In this document: positions 25,531 through 40,500 of the stretch, one piece after another
Numbering within the stretch: the stretch's first letter is position 1
Layout of the letters: each line of letters starts with the position of its first letter
Source: Balanoglossus misakiensis
Lineage: Eukaryota > Animalia > Hemichordata
Length of the DNA: 64,000 bases
Reading direction: 5' to 3'
Assembly (NCBI GenBank): GCA_040954595.2
Contig: CM082595.2
Span: forward strand, 5,668,137 to 5,732,136
Program-made: the position numbers and the translations under genes
Notes under the pieces: generated by a model
Databases searched by the model: none
Told to the model about the DNA's origin: nothing
Seen by the model: the letters and a program-made list of their open reading frames with translations, nothing else

Positions 25531-26762
25531 ATGTTGTGTCAAACAAAGATTTGTGTTAAGTCACGTGAACAGCGGATATTGAGATTCTTAGGAGGTGGTC
25601 CGTGTTACAGCCCCAAGGTCTCAGCTTTCAATTCCATTTTGACAACATATTTGAACCCACACAACTGATGATAATTGCATGTTGTGAGCAGGACAACGTG
25701 GACATGATTGTACCGATGAATTTCTTTCCGTTTTCTATTGACAGTCTCTTGAACAGAAGATTGGGTACAATTTTATCAAGATAAGACTGCTGGCCTTGGC
25801 AATGGAAATGACTTTTGTTTTATCCAAGCCATAAACAACAACTACTTAATTAGAATGGAGAGTGGGTGTCAGTGCGCGTTATTTGACATTGACCTAGGTA
25901 ATATTAGTGAGCCAGTTTCGCGTCAGTAGGTAAATGCTTGCGGCCTGAGTGTGTCATTCACATTTGCAACTCGAGTACTGCAACTGATTAAAAAAGTTGA
26001 CAAGGAAACGAAAAGACTAAAGTGAGAGGAAGGGTTTGTGACCTGCGGCGTAGAATGATGCTGTGTGCGAAGATGTAGACACACTGCACGGTTCTAGCTA
26101 CCTAAAATATAGTGTTTCAGGGAAGTGATAGAAATCTCATATAGTTGACTAGAATTTTAATGAAGTTGACTTCTAGGTACGTCTTAAGCAACTGGGAATG
26201 TCTCAATGTACATTAGCCAAATTAAGTCCCCTGTATCCCAAGGGCAATCTTATATACTTTTCTTCTCGCTTCATGGGGAGTTTACGGTGGTGACGTACGC
26301 ACAAATCTCGTTATAAACTTACATGTTGACTTTGAACGTGAAGTATGATTAAAAAAAACTTCGATGCCCCCGGTGTCCATTCTATATACATTTAAATTGA
26401 TTTGATTAATGTGAAAGGTGAAGTGTTTTCACTCAATTATATATTGACACGTTTTAGTAGTTGACGGTAGAAAATGTGGACTAGTTTTCTTCAAGTTTTA
26501 ACGCAGAGAAATTTCGTGCTCCAGATCCACATAACACGTATACATAACATTTCAAGCACATAGCGTATTCAGTAAACATCTAGTCAAATGAAAGATATAC
26601 ACAGAAAATGTGCAATCAGAAGAAATATAGCGTACAATTTATTATTATTTTCGAATTGAACCTTGATTTCTCAATAACTAAATGGTTCGTTTCTTACACG
26701 TGCAGTTGATGGTGACGTAGTTAAAACGATTGACCCTTGAAATCCGTAAGCATCTTTAATTT

Positions 26763-26851
26763 TACGCAGCTGTACCGTTGGGAGGGGGGGGGGAGCTGAT
26801 TAACGTGGGAGTAATCAGCCCTCCCAACGGTACAACTGCGTATCACAGCTA
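26763..26851. mobile_element. Short palindromic MITE with 9-bp TSD
   Basis: tacgcagctgtaccgttgggaggg...ccctcccaacggtacaactgcgta(tcacagcta), flanked by CTTTAATTT at 26754-26762 and 26852-26860. Confidence 0.7.
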
Positions 26852-27235
26852 CTTTAATTTGTGCTCGACAAATGATATAAATCCATAAACACAGCTAATA
26901 ACCTTTTCCGTATAAATGGCGGTTTTTACGAAAGTTGCAGCGTCAGACTGGTCCTAGCTGATCTGCTTTATTTTTTTTTCACACTTGGTATCAGGCAGGA
27001 AAGTACGGCTTTGAAAATAATCGTGCAGATGATATGCCACACCACCTGAAGCTGAATTCGAAATCTAGTATTGCACTCCGATATATTGTTCATGTGTTAT
27101 TTGATACTAGAAATGGAATCATCAATCGTGAGTGACTAGCGCTGCTGGTTATTGGCCTTGTGGAAAGACTGCACATTAAATTCTAACATTCAACTGCGGG
27201 ATACTATTCGGAAAGGTTCTATTCGATTTTGAGCA

Positions 27236-27684
27236 TTAAAGGGGAAAGGACGTCCGAGCTGCACATGCGCGACTGTTCCGTTTATAAATACACCATCAGC
27301 ATTATTCTCAATCTCACTCTTCAGGTAGGTAGGCCATGACAGCCAACCCGTGTTACATCAAAGTACATTGGAAATGTGGTATAATTAAAAAAGTACCGAC
27401 ACATTGTCTGCCATGATGTACAGAGTAACACAAAGTAACAAGCTCGCTGTTTGCAATGATGTACATTGTAGCAGTGCAGTTACGCCACAGTGTAATACAA
27501 AGTAACAATCACATTGTTTGCAATGTTGTACATTGTAGCAGTTATGCTACAGTGTAATACAAAGTAAAAACCACGTTGATGCACATTGAAGTAGTCACAC
27601 TTTGCGCCCACTTTGGCTTGCAGGCAATTGTATCATATGGCACCAATACCCACAGCAGAAGACATGAAGACTCCTGCCTTTTAA
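27236..27684 (+). mobile_element. Kolobok-type family copy
   Basis: TTAA|AGGGGAAAGGACGTCCGAGCTGCACATGCGCGAC, about 3 minisatellite units, ends cctgcctt|TTAA. Confidence 0.75.
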
Positions 27685-28731
27685 AAGTAGAGTCCTTTGT
27701 ATAGCAAAATTGAGATATGTCCGTGGTCATTATATTATCGTTTCTGTGATTGACATCCGTAATAACTAAAGAAAGAGAAATAAAAAATGATACAAATAAT
27801 CAATTGGAAATTTTAGACAATTATGTCCGTAAACGATAAAATACAGTTTAAAGAAGAATAATAAAGAAATGTTGCTGCACTGGAAGCGATCGATCAGAAT
27901 TACAGAGAACACAGCGAGAATGAACAGCTGGTATAGAGAAAGGACATTGGGTTGTTAATATTCAGGAAAGATCAAGTTGAGGATGGGAAACAACGCAACT
28001 GTAGGTAATGTTCACTGGCAGAAAATGTTCTTTTCATCATTCTCGCAAACCAGAGCTTTTTATTTCCACTCCGTGATGCAATGCGAGAAAAACGTTCTTG
28101 GAGATTTCACTGGGGGGAAACTGTTGAATCGAGAAAGGGATATTTAAATATTCATGAGCAGTAGCATTACTGGAATTAGCCAATCTCTAATTGTTTCACA
28201 AAGTGTCTTCGGTATACAGTGCATGTTTAGTATCTGCGATCATAGTGGCCAATAACCTTTCCGATTGCATTTTCGCCGACACTCTACGATACCACAGGAT
28301 GATTGCACACAAAATTCTGCTAAATCAAACACGGACTTTTCTAGATAACGTATGAAGCAGTTGTCGTAAAAAGGCGCGTAGTTTACGACGAATTGCTTCA
28401 TTGTCCGACTTGAAATGTGTGCGTAAGCATCACATGGCCCGTATCATCAATTATACAAATTGTTCGGGTTGGAGTATAGAAAAAAAACGCCCATTAATCC
28501 GTCATTTTGCGCATGTGTCGTATCGCTAGCGCAATCCGGTCGTTTCACCAGTTACCGTGGATATATATATTGTGTTTCTTTAGTCTTAGAAACCTTGTGG
28601 TAGTAGTTGTGTTTGAAAGACCTCAACGTCAGCACAGCGGAATTCACTGTTCCAAAATCCAACCGAACGACAACGACCGAGGCTTTTCGTCTGAGTTAGC
28701 AGTCAGTGGACCCTAGGTCGTCGTTTCGGCC

Positions 28732-31700
28732 ATGCGCACACTCAAACTGACCCTTCTCTTGGCGCTTCTGCCGTTCCCTGCCACGTCTACAGAGGGCAAG
28801 AAAACGCCTTTGTATATCGGCTGCATTCTCCCGCTCTCCGGCGGTTACTGGAGCGACATCGGAAACGAGAGTCAACTCTGGGCAGAGGCGGCGATTGATC
28901 ACGTCAACAACAATACTGACATTCTTGCCGACTATGAACTACACCTTATTTGTAACGACTCGCAGGTGAGTTTGTTTTTGATCGTTCATGTATTTACAAG
29001 ATGTCGCGCTTAGTGATGTGACTGTTCGTAAGGCAAACACAACTCAATTTCGTATTTCGAAATGCAAAAGTATTCTAAATCTAGTTGTTTACGCTTGAAA
29101 CTCAATGTCACTGTCAAACCTACTTCTAGAGGCTCTTAAAATCGTTAACATAGTTTGACTTCATGACAGAAAGCGACAGGAACAGCATAAGTAAATCAGC
29201 GACGAGTGATGGCCACGTTAGCACGCAGATGTTTTATTCACCGGATCCCACATGCTAGTTTATCCGTACAAGTGTACGATTACCCGCAATTGATAGGATG
29301 TCTCAGAGCCCACTTGCTGGCTACTCAAGTATTGATAAGCTTCTGAAAGAACCAATCCAGCATCGGCTGGCTACGTCTAGTAGGCGTCACGAGGTCTGAT
29401 TTTGCTAGACACTATGCTGTGATACAGTTCCGTTATCTACTCAGGCATTGGCGTAAGTCAGAAAAAAAGACAATATTGCGGAAATGAAAACTAGCGGCTC
29501 TAGGAGTGTGTACAACGAACATTTACTTAATTTGATTTTGATATAATTGATTTTATTTCACTACCATAAAATGGTATAATATAAAATAAGAGGTATAAGG
29601 AAACAAGTGGTATAGGTTAGGAAAATAGGTCGGTAATACTAATCTCAGTCAAGTCCATGGACTGGCCATATGTACGCCATGGTATCAAGAATTGCCTTAA
29701 TAAATGGTGAAATGTAGCAGAAAAGTGATTACCCGTTAATATTACAATACGCACAAAACACATGATACGTGGTCTCGAGAAGAATAACTGTGAGAAACTG
29801 AAATGGAAATTGATACACGTCTTTGAAAAAGCAGACAGTGGTTTTCTTTCTTTAAAAGAACATCCTGAGCAGATTCGTGCGGAGTAAGCGAATTCAATGT
29901 TTGACAGCAGACTAACCGATTTCCTTGTGTGCACGTCTGAGTTTATACAGTGAAAGATGGAAGTCTCCCCTGATAAACTGCCTGGGGAAGCAACTATGGG
30001 GGCAGTTACAAAAAATATTATAAATTGTTTATAACCTCATGGACTATGATACAAGTAAGGTTTGTGTTGATCTGGAAAATGTCTCGTATTTTAGCTGGTT
30101 AATGGGTGAATGAGAATGAGGTTGAAGATATGAGAAAGCCTATAACATGCATCATTGAAAGAAATATATAGTATAAAGAAATATATTTTTTATGAATATG
30201 GTGGGTGTTATTTGATAGTATTCATCGATATCCGTCCATGAATAAGACACGCGAACTCCCGAGGAGTCTCGTGGAGTTTGGACATTATCAAATGCCATTG
30301 CTTGGGGCCAAATTCGCGTTGTTCTCTATTAGAGTACGTGGCCTTCCCAGTGGACATGGACGTGTTCTTATTAATTTCTTTCACGAAAGAACATATGTAC
30401 GGAATATAGATTTATGTCCTTGGATGAAGGGATTGAGAGAGGCAGAGAAAACCACTGGCGTCAAGAATTAAAATAGGCTTTAATCTCGTACCCATAAGGT
30501 ATTGTATAGTGAAATTGAAACTTCTTATTGCAGAATTTGATAAGCGCTCCAGATTGAAGGGGTAAGGTCATTCTTCACCAGCGGATCGGACTGGGTTCGA
30601 ATGCTTTTCCAAACGGCCCCCTCAACACTGAATCATCACGACTTTCAAACTGTCATGTCTTATCGTACAAGAAACGTATAAAACGCTGTGTCTCGAAAGA
30701 CGAAGTGCAAATACAAAATTTCGTTTCAAAAGAAAGATGAAACGTTAAGAATATCCAAGTCTATACGCTTTGTTGATTATTTTTTAACGACTTCGTCGGA
30801 ATCACAATGGTATATTCAATGGCAATGCATTTGAAGATAATCAGCTGGAATCTGATACTATCAGACTTGGAATCATTGTGGAGAAAACTGATATCATGTA
30901 TCAGCTAACATGTCACGAGAAAACGTGTACACTCGTATAACTGAATGGTCGGAACAGGCTATTCATATATTGAGACTTTGATTGGAAATTGCCAAGACTT
31001 TGTTAAGGCTTTGCAGGAAAACCGATCAGTATACCTTGTGGCACTAATTGCCGATTGTATAGGTGTACACATTACCACAAGTCACGCAAGTGTCACGTTA
31101 CATATCGTTTTTCCTATCGTAGAATTTACCTTCGTTAGCCGAGCTATGATTGGGAAATGATATCGATATCTTCAGCAGCAATAAAACATATTCGTGGTTT
31201 GAGAGACACAGGGCGTACTGATTTCCCTTGGGAGTAGCGTTGCTTGGTCAATTTAATTATTCAACTGTTTTCCAATTGAGAACGACCTGACCCGTCTTTT
31301 TCAGCCAGAAATGCATTAGTCATGTTTGGATGATTGCAATTACCTGCATCACCACTGAAAATGGTCTCCAAGAATGTACTAACTACTGTTGCTCTTCATC
31401 CTCTCCAAACAGCCAACTCGCAGTTTTGAGACCCCAGTGAATTTGATCTTGAACCAGAAGGGTAAAAAGGGGAAGGTTCTTCTGAACTGCACATGTGCGA
31501 ATGTTTAGTGTATAAACACACCGTACATTGTTCCCACTGTTCAGGGAGACCCTGCCAATCAATACATGTTATATCAAAGTAAATTGGAAATGGGATAAAA
31601 AGTAGCCACGCATTGTTTGCTATGATGTACAGTGTAATACAAAGTAGCAACCACATTTTTTGCAATGATGTATATTGTAGCACTTACGCTACAATACAAT

Positions 31701-34463
31701 TCAAAGTAGCAACCACGTTTTTTCAATGATGTACATTGTAGCAGTTACCCTACAGTGTAATACAAAGTAACAACCACATTGTTGCAGACTTTGAACCTAC
31801 TTGCTAACAACTATGTCTTATTATGGGACCCATACCCGCAGCCGCCGATGGAACAACACCTACCCTTTACATAAGTTAGGGACTGCGCAGTAGAAATTAA
31901 TTAATGTATTAATGCGTATAAATATCTACCACATTCAATAGCCGTATATATTAAATTTTGACGAAGCAATTCTTTGGAAAGAAAAATGATATATTGGAAC
32001 ACTATGTAATCATGCTTGATTTATTAGTATAGCCGTTAAGTTAATTTGCTGGAGAAAACACGTAGAAGGATGAGTGTAAGAAAAATGTCGACTCAGCTCA
32101 GCATTCTGCAGACAGACAGACAGACAGACATACAGACAAACAGACAGACAGACAGACAGGCAGAACGATAGGTTACTGTGTTCTAATATTGTATGGCACA
32201 AATGGGTGCGTTCGTTCGTGCCTGATTGACTAAAGGACTATAGAGTATAATAGTCTCCCAACCTTATTATCCGTTGAATGTTGAGAATGAGTGACACATG
32301 AAAAGGAATAGCGACCGTGTCCTACGCATGTACTCTCAATTTACATGATGTAGGGGATTGAAAAATATACGACCCGATTGAGAATGATTTCTGTTTTAGC
32401 CTAATCGGCGATGACCAGTTGTTTCGTTGCGAATAATTATTGGCATTCCTAAAAATTCCCCCACCTAAGTTAAGGTTGAATTTACAAGCTCAAACGTGAA
32501 ATCCCAAATGCAAACAACTTGAGACGGTGTGATCAACACAGTAAGGCATAATGGCATATTTTAAAAGATTAATTTCCATTCTGGAAAGTTCGTGTCCTTC
32601 AAACGTTCCAAACAACACAAAGCAGTTGTACGTCATCAGCGGAGTTTGGCCTGACAACGCTGATTTAAAATTTGATAGTGTGTGGGATTAAAAGCTGTGT
32701 TCCTGCCATATTACAACCTATGTATCTTTCGGCAATAAAGATTGTTCTTGTTTATGTGAGTCGTCTTCACGGCGTCTTAGTGACACTCCTATGCGCCTCG
32801 GGGACTGACATTCGTAAATCAAGCCTTTCAGTTCTTTGCTTTAATTATTAGAGTGTATGAAAACAACAGAGAAAACATTGTGTTGACCGTCTTATTATCT
32901 TACAAACCAGGCACCACTACTGTGAGCTTTCTCCATAGAGTTAACAAGAGCTCGGCGACCATTTTGAATTCCAAAATTGAGTCAATTTGGCTCTTTCATT
33001 CTAACTTTCATACAGTTACCACCTATTTATATTCTTAGTTTTATGATTGTTAGTTATTTGCTAGATTCATTAGCGGAATAAGAAAGGCTGAACGTTTGCC
33101 ACTGTGACTCCCGCATACGTTGGGATTCCACTGGCAGTTTTTCAACATATGATACAACTGTATTTTTACGGTTGATTAATAAAATATGTATAATATAATA
33201 TAATTTATTGTGTACACTCGATATAAGCATTATTCTATTAAACTGGGTATATAGTAATTCCAATTATTTTAAGAGGCTTAAATATAGCAATATTCACCCA
33301 ACAGCGTAATATAAATATTCTACGACTCTGATTTTACCGAGTCAATTAACAAATACAGTGACAAACTTTACACTATAAAGGTTACTTTGATGGGATTAAA
33401 GTTTAACAGATGTAATATAATAATTTCATAAAAGTAGGTCGCATGAACACTGTAACGCCAAGCTCCACTGGGACAATTTTACCAGGCGACAGAAAGCAGT
33501 AAAATATATATCTGACATCTCATCTATAAACGACACTCTCCGATAAACAGATCGAAATTTGATACACATTTGAGCGTGCGGAAGCCATGTGTTTTCCGGC
33601 GTTTTCTTATGCACACGATAATTTCTCTGTCGAACTAGGACACATGTATCTTTTGTTAAAGATAATCTATATACTTGTTCATGATATGGTAGTTATAAGT
33701 ACGCAACTCGGGGGCAGAATTCCTGAAAATGATTTTTCTCCAAACTTTTAAATTCTTCGCATATTCACATGTGAAGAGTCTGTTATGTAAACAAACAGGA
33801 AACCACGGTGTTCACCATCTGTTTTCCTATAAGCCACGCTTAATTTTTTCTCTCTATAAAGTTAACACAGAGACTAGCGGCCATTTAATATTGGTGGAAT
33901 TGTACGTGCCCTCTCGTTCAAAATAATATTGTTCGAAACAGGCTGAAAGAAAGCAAGTGACATAACTGACTAAAATGTAACAAGTTATGGAATGATTAGG
34001 CGCCACGCCGCTTTGCAGTCGGCTGCCTATCACTTTGCCGGGTTTTTTTAAATGTAGCACGCAAATAATCGTGCATGAAACAATTTATCTAATACAGACA
34101 ACATAAAGAGATAAGACCAGTAGCAACATTAACATTTCCCAATTGTTTGGGTGACATTGGCCAACCCTACTAATCAAAATGTAACAAAGTTTATACTTTG
34201 AATACAAATCGATTAAAACAGGTTGGAACAGAAAGCAAGGCGTCTCCACAAAGTCTGCAGTTAGATATTTTTCTTTCACACAGGGAGATATAGGTGTTAC
34301 GCTGGCGACAGTCAAGTCCCAGGTTTTCGACCAACCTCAACCAAAGATTATGATATTCGGGGGAATATTGTCGACGGCAACAATACCGATGTCTAGAGTT
34401 CTAGCATTATGGAATCTCATCCAGGTAAATGGTGCATCTTTTGCCTAACTAACATAAGTTTGA

Positions 34464-34532
<69 letters not shown>

Positions 34533-34554
34533 CGATGATGACGATGATGATGAC

Positions 34555-34595
<41 letters not shown>

Positions 34596-37500
34596 CGATG
34601 ACGATGACGATGACGATGATGATGATGATGACGACGACGACGAATGGTGGTTTTCATTCCTGAAATCTGACAGTTTCCTGTAGGCGGTGGTTTGCTATTT
34701 TAATTACTTTCTTTTCCAATCAGGTCTCTCCTTTAGCTACAGCACCGACGCTATCAAACCGAGTGGAATTCCCGTATTTCTTTCGAACTCATCCGAGCCA
34801 ATTGGTGTATAACTCTGCCCGGCTTGCTATTTGCCGCTCCTTTGGATGGACCAAGGTAGCCACCTTGTATCAGAATCATGAGAAATTCTCCGTGGTGAGT
34901 CAAATCAATATTGCTCAGTCTATAAACACTTTGCCCTTAGAACAGTTGGTATAATAGGGACTGGTCAGTTTCCTCAGCTTGGGGGGGATTCTGTTTTAAT
35001 TTGGATATCAAAGATCAAAAAGACCGCCTACACTTACATTAACGATTTATCTGTGCAAAGCCGTACGTACTACGAGTGTACATTTTCTTATGCCATCATT
35101 CAATGCAGGGATGCTTCGTGAAAGAATGATGATCTTTTAAATACATTAATGAGAATCATTAAAATAGATCACGCCATGTGTAAATGTCACTTGTTTCTTG
35201 CACAACGCTCTTATTCAGACAGGCAAATTCGCCAAATTAAAATTCTGACACGTCTCCTGGCAGTGAAAACTGTTTAACCACGTCTACTTGAAATGTCACA
35301 CATGCGTCAATCGGCATACAGAAGAAGCACAAGTTATGAGAATGCAGTGTGACATAACTACTAGAATTACAGTTATTCTTTGTTTAACTTAGTGATACTG
35401 CTACTAACACGTGTTGTCATTTTATTTTTATCAGGCGATGCAGTCCTTCCACGAAAATTTGGTCCAACTAAACATGACTTTGTTAACCTCGGAGAGTTTT
35501 GATGTAAACCCGGCTGAACAACTGGCGAGAGTAAAGGTGATAATTAGTGTCTTCGTCTGACGTTCGCGGCTTGGGCATTACTTGGTGTATTCGCTTGGTT
35601 TAGACAATACCAGCATGTGCGTGATCGTTTGCCATCATTTGTGTGATAACTTGTGTGTGCGTGCGTGTGTTTGAGCCAAAAGCCTCGCTACATTTCTTGA
35701 ATATGGTTTAGAAATACCACACCACACAACACAACACCAGCAGCAACAACAACAACAACAGTTGTCAACACACAAAACAAAACCAGCAAAACCTACAAAA
35801 TTATAGCTGTTTTTTTTTCTTTAACTTTCAACGATACCTCCAGGAGAGTGATGCCAGGATCATAGCGGGCGCGTTTTATCTGGACAGAGCAATGAATGTA
35901 TTTTGTGAGGTAAGGTTTAAAGCGATTGGGTCGTTGGATCGACAAGCCCCCCCCCCCCCCATCCCCTGGTTTGGCGACAAATCCCACAATTCCTCATTCA
36001 CTTTAGGACGTGACCAACGGTTGATAACTTGAAACACTGTATCCAAACGTATTCCCAGCTGTTGTTTTTCATTTGGGACGGAAAACTTTGGATACATTGT
36101 TTCAAGTAATCAACTGCATTTTGCGAAAACAATAGTACATTCCTTTCTAGGCCGATCCCCTGCACCGTTTTTACCACGTGATTACGCTGTGCTAAAGAGA
36201 AGCACAAGCAAGGTTTTCGATTCCCCGAAGAACTTTTTACTGTTGTTACGATTGTACTGCGAATGCATAGAATTTAAATATCAGTGGTGGATGAACAATA
36301 AGGGTGTACGTCATTAACATAGCGTTAGCTGTAGTAGCCGTACACCTGGGTATTTTGAATATTACGTAAGGGTGATTTTTGACTCTCGGCAACGGCAGTC
36401 AAGTGGCGTGAGCCGAACAGAAAAGGAAAGATCTTTGTGAGAAAGCAGCACGCCAGCGTGAACCATCGTCTGGTCGGTGCAGAGAACTCACGGAATACTG
36501 AATTATCGCGTCCGCTAACCACGTGTGTAATTTTACCGCGGAACTGATACAAGTTTCTTGAGCACATTACAATATTTGAGTGAGAACCCTAGTAACATTT
36601 AAGTTTCAGTGCTTGTACTATGATATTATTTTTCTTCCTGTGACAAATAGATTCGCAGTGAAACGTATAACTTTGGGTGTTCAGTGTATCATGTTGTTGC
36701 AGTCTGGGTGTTTGTGTTGCGAGTTTTTGGTTCGTAACACTGTAACCACTTGGTTGTTTCCCACTCAGGCATACAAACTCGGCATGTATGGCTCGAAGTA
36801 CGTGTGGATGGTGCCATCTCGTTGGCTGAAGCAGGGATGGTGGGAAAACACCGCAGGCACACAGTGCACGGTGACGGAACTGGTAACAGCGATCGATGGC
36901 ATGATTGGAATAGATATGAACGCGTGGGATGACACTGACATGGAAACCATCAGTGGACGGGTAGGAAACACCTAGCAGATATTTCATGGAGGGGTGGGGG
37001 TTGGAAAGAGTGGGGGCGTGATAGAGAGAGAGAATTAAAGCAGCGAACAGAAACAGACTGCTACTTTGTGTTTTAAGACGACTTATACAATGTACAAGAG
37101 CAAATTGTCAGAAATCCCAAATTTGGTAACTTCTCAAACTTTCAGTAATTTAAAAATTATGTTTTAACTGAGACATTATACTTTATTATGATCTTCATAT
37201 TCACGAACTGCACACCTTTGTTACTCCTTCTGTACATCTTCAACATCGACTTGTGCCCGAATATATTTTTGTTCAGATGCTGTCAAATTTCAGTATGAAT
37301 TAAAGTTGTATTATTTTGTGTTTACTCGTGTTTTTCTGTTTTGTATTTTACTGTTTCATCTCTTGTGCTGTATTGTTTATTTGCGCAGACGTCCTCAGAG
37401 CTACGTTCCCAACTAAACACACTGTATGAAAGTTACGGTTCGCTGTCGTACGATGCTATATGGTCCATAGCAGTGGCACTAAATACAACTATAGAGAGAT

Positions 37501-40500
37501 TTGCCAAAGGTGACGCAGGTGGGTACTATGGCAACGCCGTTTTCTGACACGGAGAACAGCCTTGGCAGGCAGTCCTTCTGAAAAACTGAAACCTAAGAAA
37601 ATCATAAATCAATTTCGCCGTAGATAAAGGGACGTGTTCGTTTATTCAGATTAACTGATTATATTCGACAAATGGAACTGCCCTCGGATGTAGTGAACGA
37701 GAAACTTACTTAAAAAACAGTAGCTTGGGAATCACGTTTTGCTCCTACATGCAATGCTAGGAGAAACCTCTAAAGTTTTCTTTAGCACAAGTTCCTCAGT
37801 TATTTTACCAATTACTTATCCGGCAGGATATAATGGAGACGGAACTCCAAAAGAACTGCAATCTTTCAGCTACACACAAAAGAACATGGTTGACATCATG
37901 TCAGAAGAACTATATTCACTGTCGTTTCACGGCATGTCGGTAAGAAATGTGAATATTAAAATAGAAAACAATTAAAATCATACTTTTGGAGTGTTACCAT
38001 TGCATTTCTTCAAAAGAAGAATCTACATAAGTTTCTTTGTCGTTGCTGTTTGTTAGATCTACCCTGGTGAATAAGACATTCATGTTTACATCTTTAATGA
38101 TGATGATAGTCAGTAAGGCATGCACTCATTTCGTATGTCTGTCTGTCTGCCTGTCTGTCAGTGGGTGGGTTTGTCAGTTTGTCAAATAGGTAGGCGGCTA
38201 GATAGCTGCCTCAGGTAGTTAAGCAGACAGAGAGACAGGTAGGTAGGGATAAGTATAGTGTAAGTGACTATTTTTGTAAAAATTTAATTGCTTTTAGGTA
38301 GGTTAACTTGTCTCCCATTGTTGCCACCTGTCTGACGAGGTCAGTAGTTAACATAGGTTTGTCACTCTATTGCAGGGTCCGGTTAGTTTTGATCGTAATG
38401 GAGAAAGACAGGGCATCATCAAAATTGAACAAAATTACGGTAGGTTGATTGAATCATGGATGGAATTTACTAATGTGATAGTATGTTTATAAGCAGTTCA
38501 GTTGTTTCATGTTTAGGGCGATTGATATGATTTTGCATGAGGTAGTTTGGGCGTGCGTTCTTGTGTATCATAGAATCACTGTCATCTCTGCATAATAATT
38601 GACTGTATAATTAATACGATCAAAAACAAAATAAATTCATGCACCATTTCCAAAATATTGAAAGCAAGTGGTGATTGGCTAAATTCTTAAGTTTATGCTA
38701 ACTTTTCACTATTAACTTATAGGTGGACATTATCGCACTATTGGGTTTTATAACAGCAAAACGGGCCTTATTGATTGGAAGATTTCTCTGAAAGACATAT
38801 TTTTCAAATCAGGTAGGATTGCGTGTTGCAAAACCCAGAAAGACATTAAGGAAGCCTTGTATTAATCTGTCTTGTGTCCTTCATCAAACACACACTGTTG
38901 CAAGTAAATGTGCATGTTAACACTAGTATGACGGTAACACCAATGTTCATACTGTCAGCAAAAGTGTTCTCATAGGGCAGTGCAATAGTACCTTCCTTGC
39001 AGAGAGGGAGGCTCTAGATTAAGCTCACGTATACCAAATGTAATAATACCTTAGAATGTCAGAAATATCTAAACTGTAAACAAACTGCTATATGGGGACA
39101 TGTTTTCAGTTTGGTCAGAGAAACGGGAATTTCACTCTAAGAGGGAGTGTGCCCATTAGATTGTGACTGCGCAGAAGATAAAAACAATTTAGTTCTTATG
39201 TGTCTCCAGGTTCAGTTTGAGCATATCGCAGCCAGATCCATTTCCCTAATTTGCTCAAATGCTACGGATAGGTGATCTGAGTACTTACTACCCCAAGAGG
39301 AAAACCTTTCACAGATATTGTTCATACTTCCAAACATCGGCGATGTCTTCTAGGAGACAAATGTGCCTCTTTACATTTAAAATAGTGCTTTGACACGTTC
39401 ATTTCTACTGTGAAGAAAACATTTAGGTGTGAACAAATAAGTCAACAGAAGAATTCAACTAATATACGATAGTCGGTTATGTTTCTTTGATTTTTCAGGA
39501 GGGTACATACCGATTGATTTTCCATTGACGATACAGAATTCTCGAACGATTACCATATCCTCATCACTGTTTATCGTGATGACCGCACTATCAGTCTCAG
39601 GATTAGTCTTGGGTGTTTGTTTGCTTGTTTTCAATGTGTACAACAGCGACAAAAGGTATCGTGCTAGTTTGATAATTTCTGACATTTCACTTATTTTTTT
39701 GTGTAACTCAGCTGTACATTTTATGACATAAAGGCACAATTTGTCTTCGGTTGTTACAAATGTTATCTAACCAGTTTTAAGGTGCACTGTGTTTCTTGTC
39801 CACCGACCCATAATAAACCTTCCACAGACCCGTCAACCCACGCCCACATTCATCGATTTAGGTATCTGATCCTTACACCCACAACCCTAAATGAAACCCC
39901 CATTCTTGCAACTTGGACCCTGCACCCACTCGCCCTCGCCCCCAACTCACATACCTCAACATTTTTTCATTCCAATTCAGGATTATCAAGATGTCCAGTC
40001 CGAATTTGAACAACGCAATTATTTTAGGCTGCTGCATGATGTACGCATGCGTGATAGTCGACGGCTTGGATCTCTCAATACATCCGATTGTCTGCAAGGT
40101 AAAGATAATGAACCGAAGCTTAATAATAGAGATTTTGTCCTCCTTTAAAAAGCGACGCCAAAACTACATGATTAGGGGGTAATACAATACCCTTAAGCCC
40201 CCAAATAATATTTTAATTGCCTTATCTTTCTTCCTAAATGTCAAACATAAATTTTCAAATGTCAAGTATCAGACTATAGTGTATGCGGAACAAGAATAAA
40301 ATAAATAAAATATTCCTTAAAATCATCATTATTTCCTTATCCAGTGTAAAAATATCGAAAACCTTTCACGTTAAAAAGCAATCCCAGCATATCTTAGATC
40401 TCGCGAGATCTCGCAATGAGGGGCAAATCATCTGTTCATTTACTCATTTCCCTATATCTGATCAAATAATAGAGAACACCTGTCGAAGTTTATATGCTTG

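Noticed and set aside
32200-32790. Possible solo LTR (AATAAA followed by ...gtgaca)
   Set aside because: No matching 5' TG end, TSD or second LTR could be identified.
34409-34663. Poly-Met and poly-His ORFs
   Set aside because: Translations of the intronic (GAT)n microsatellite.
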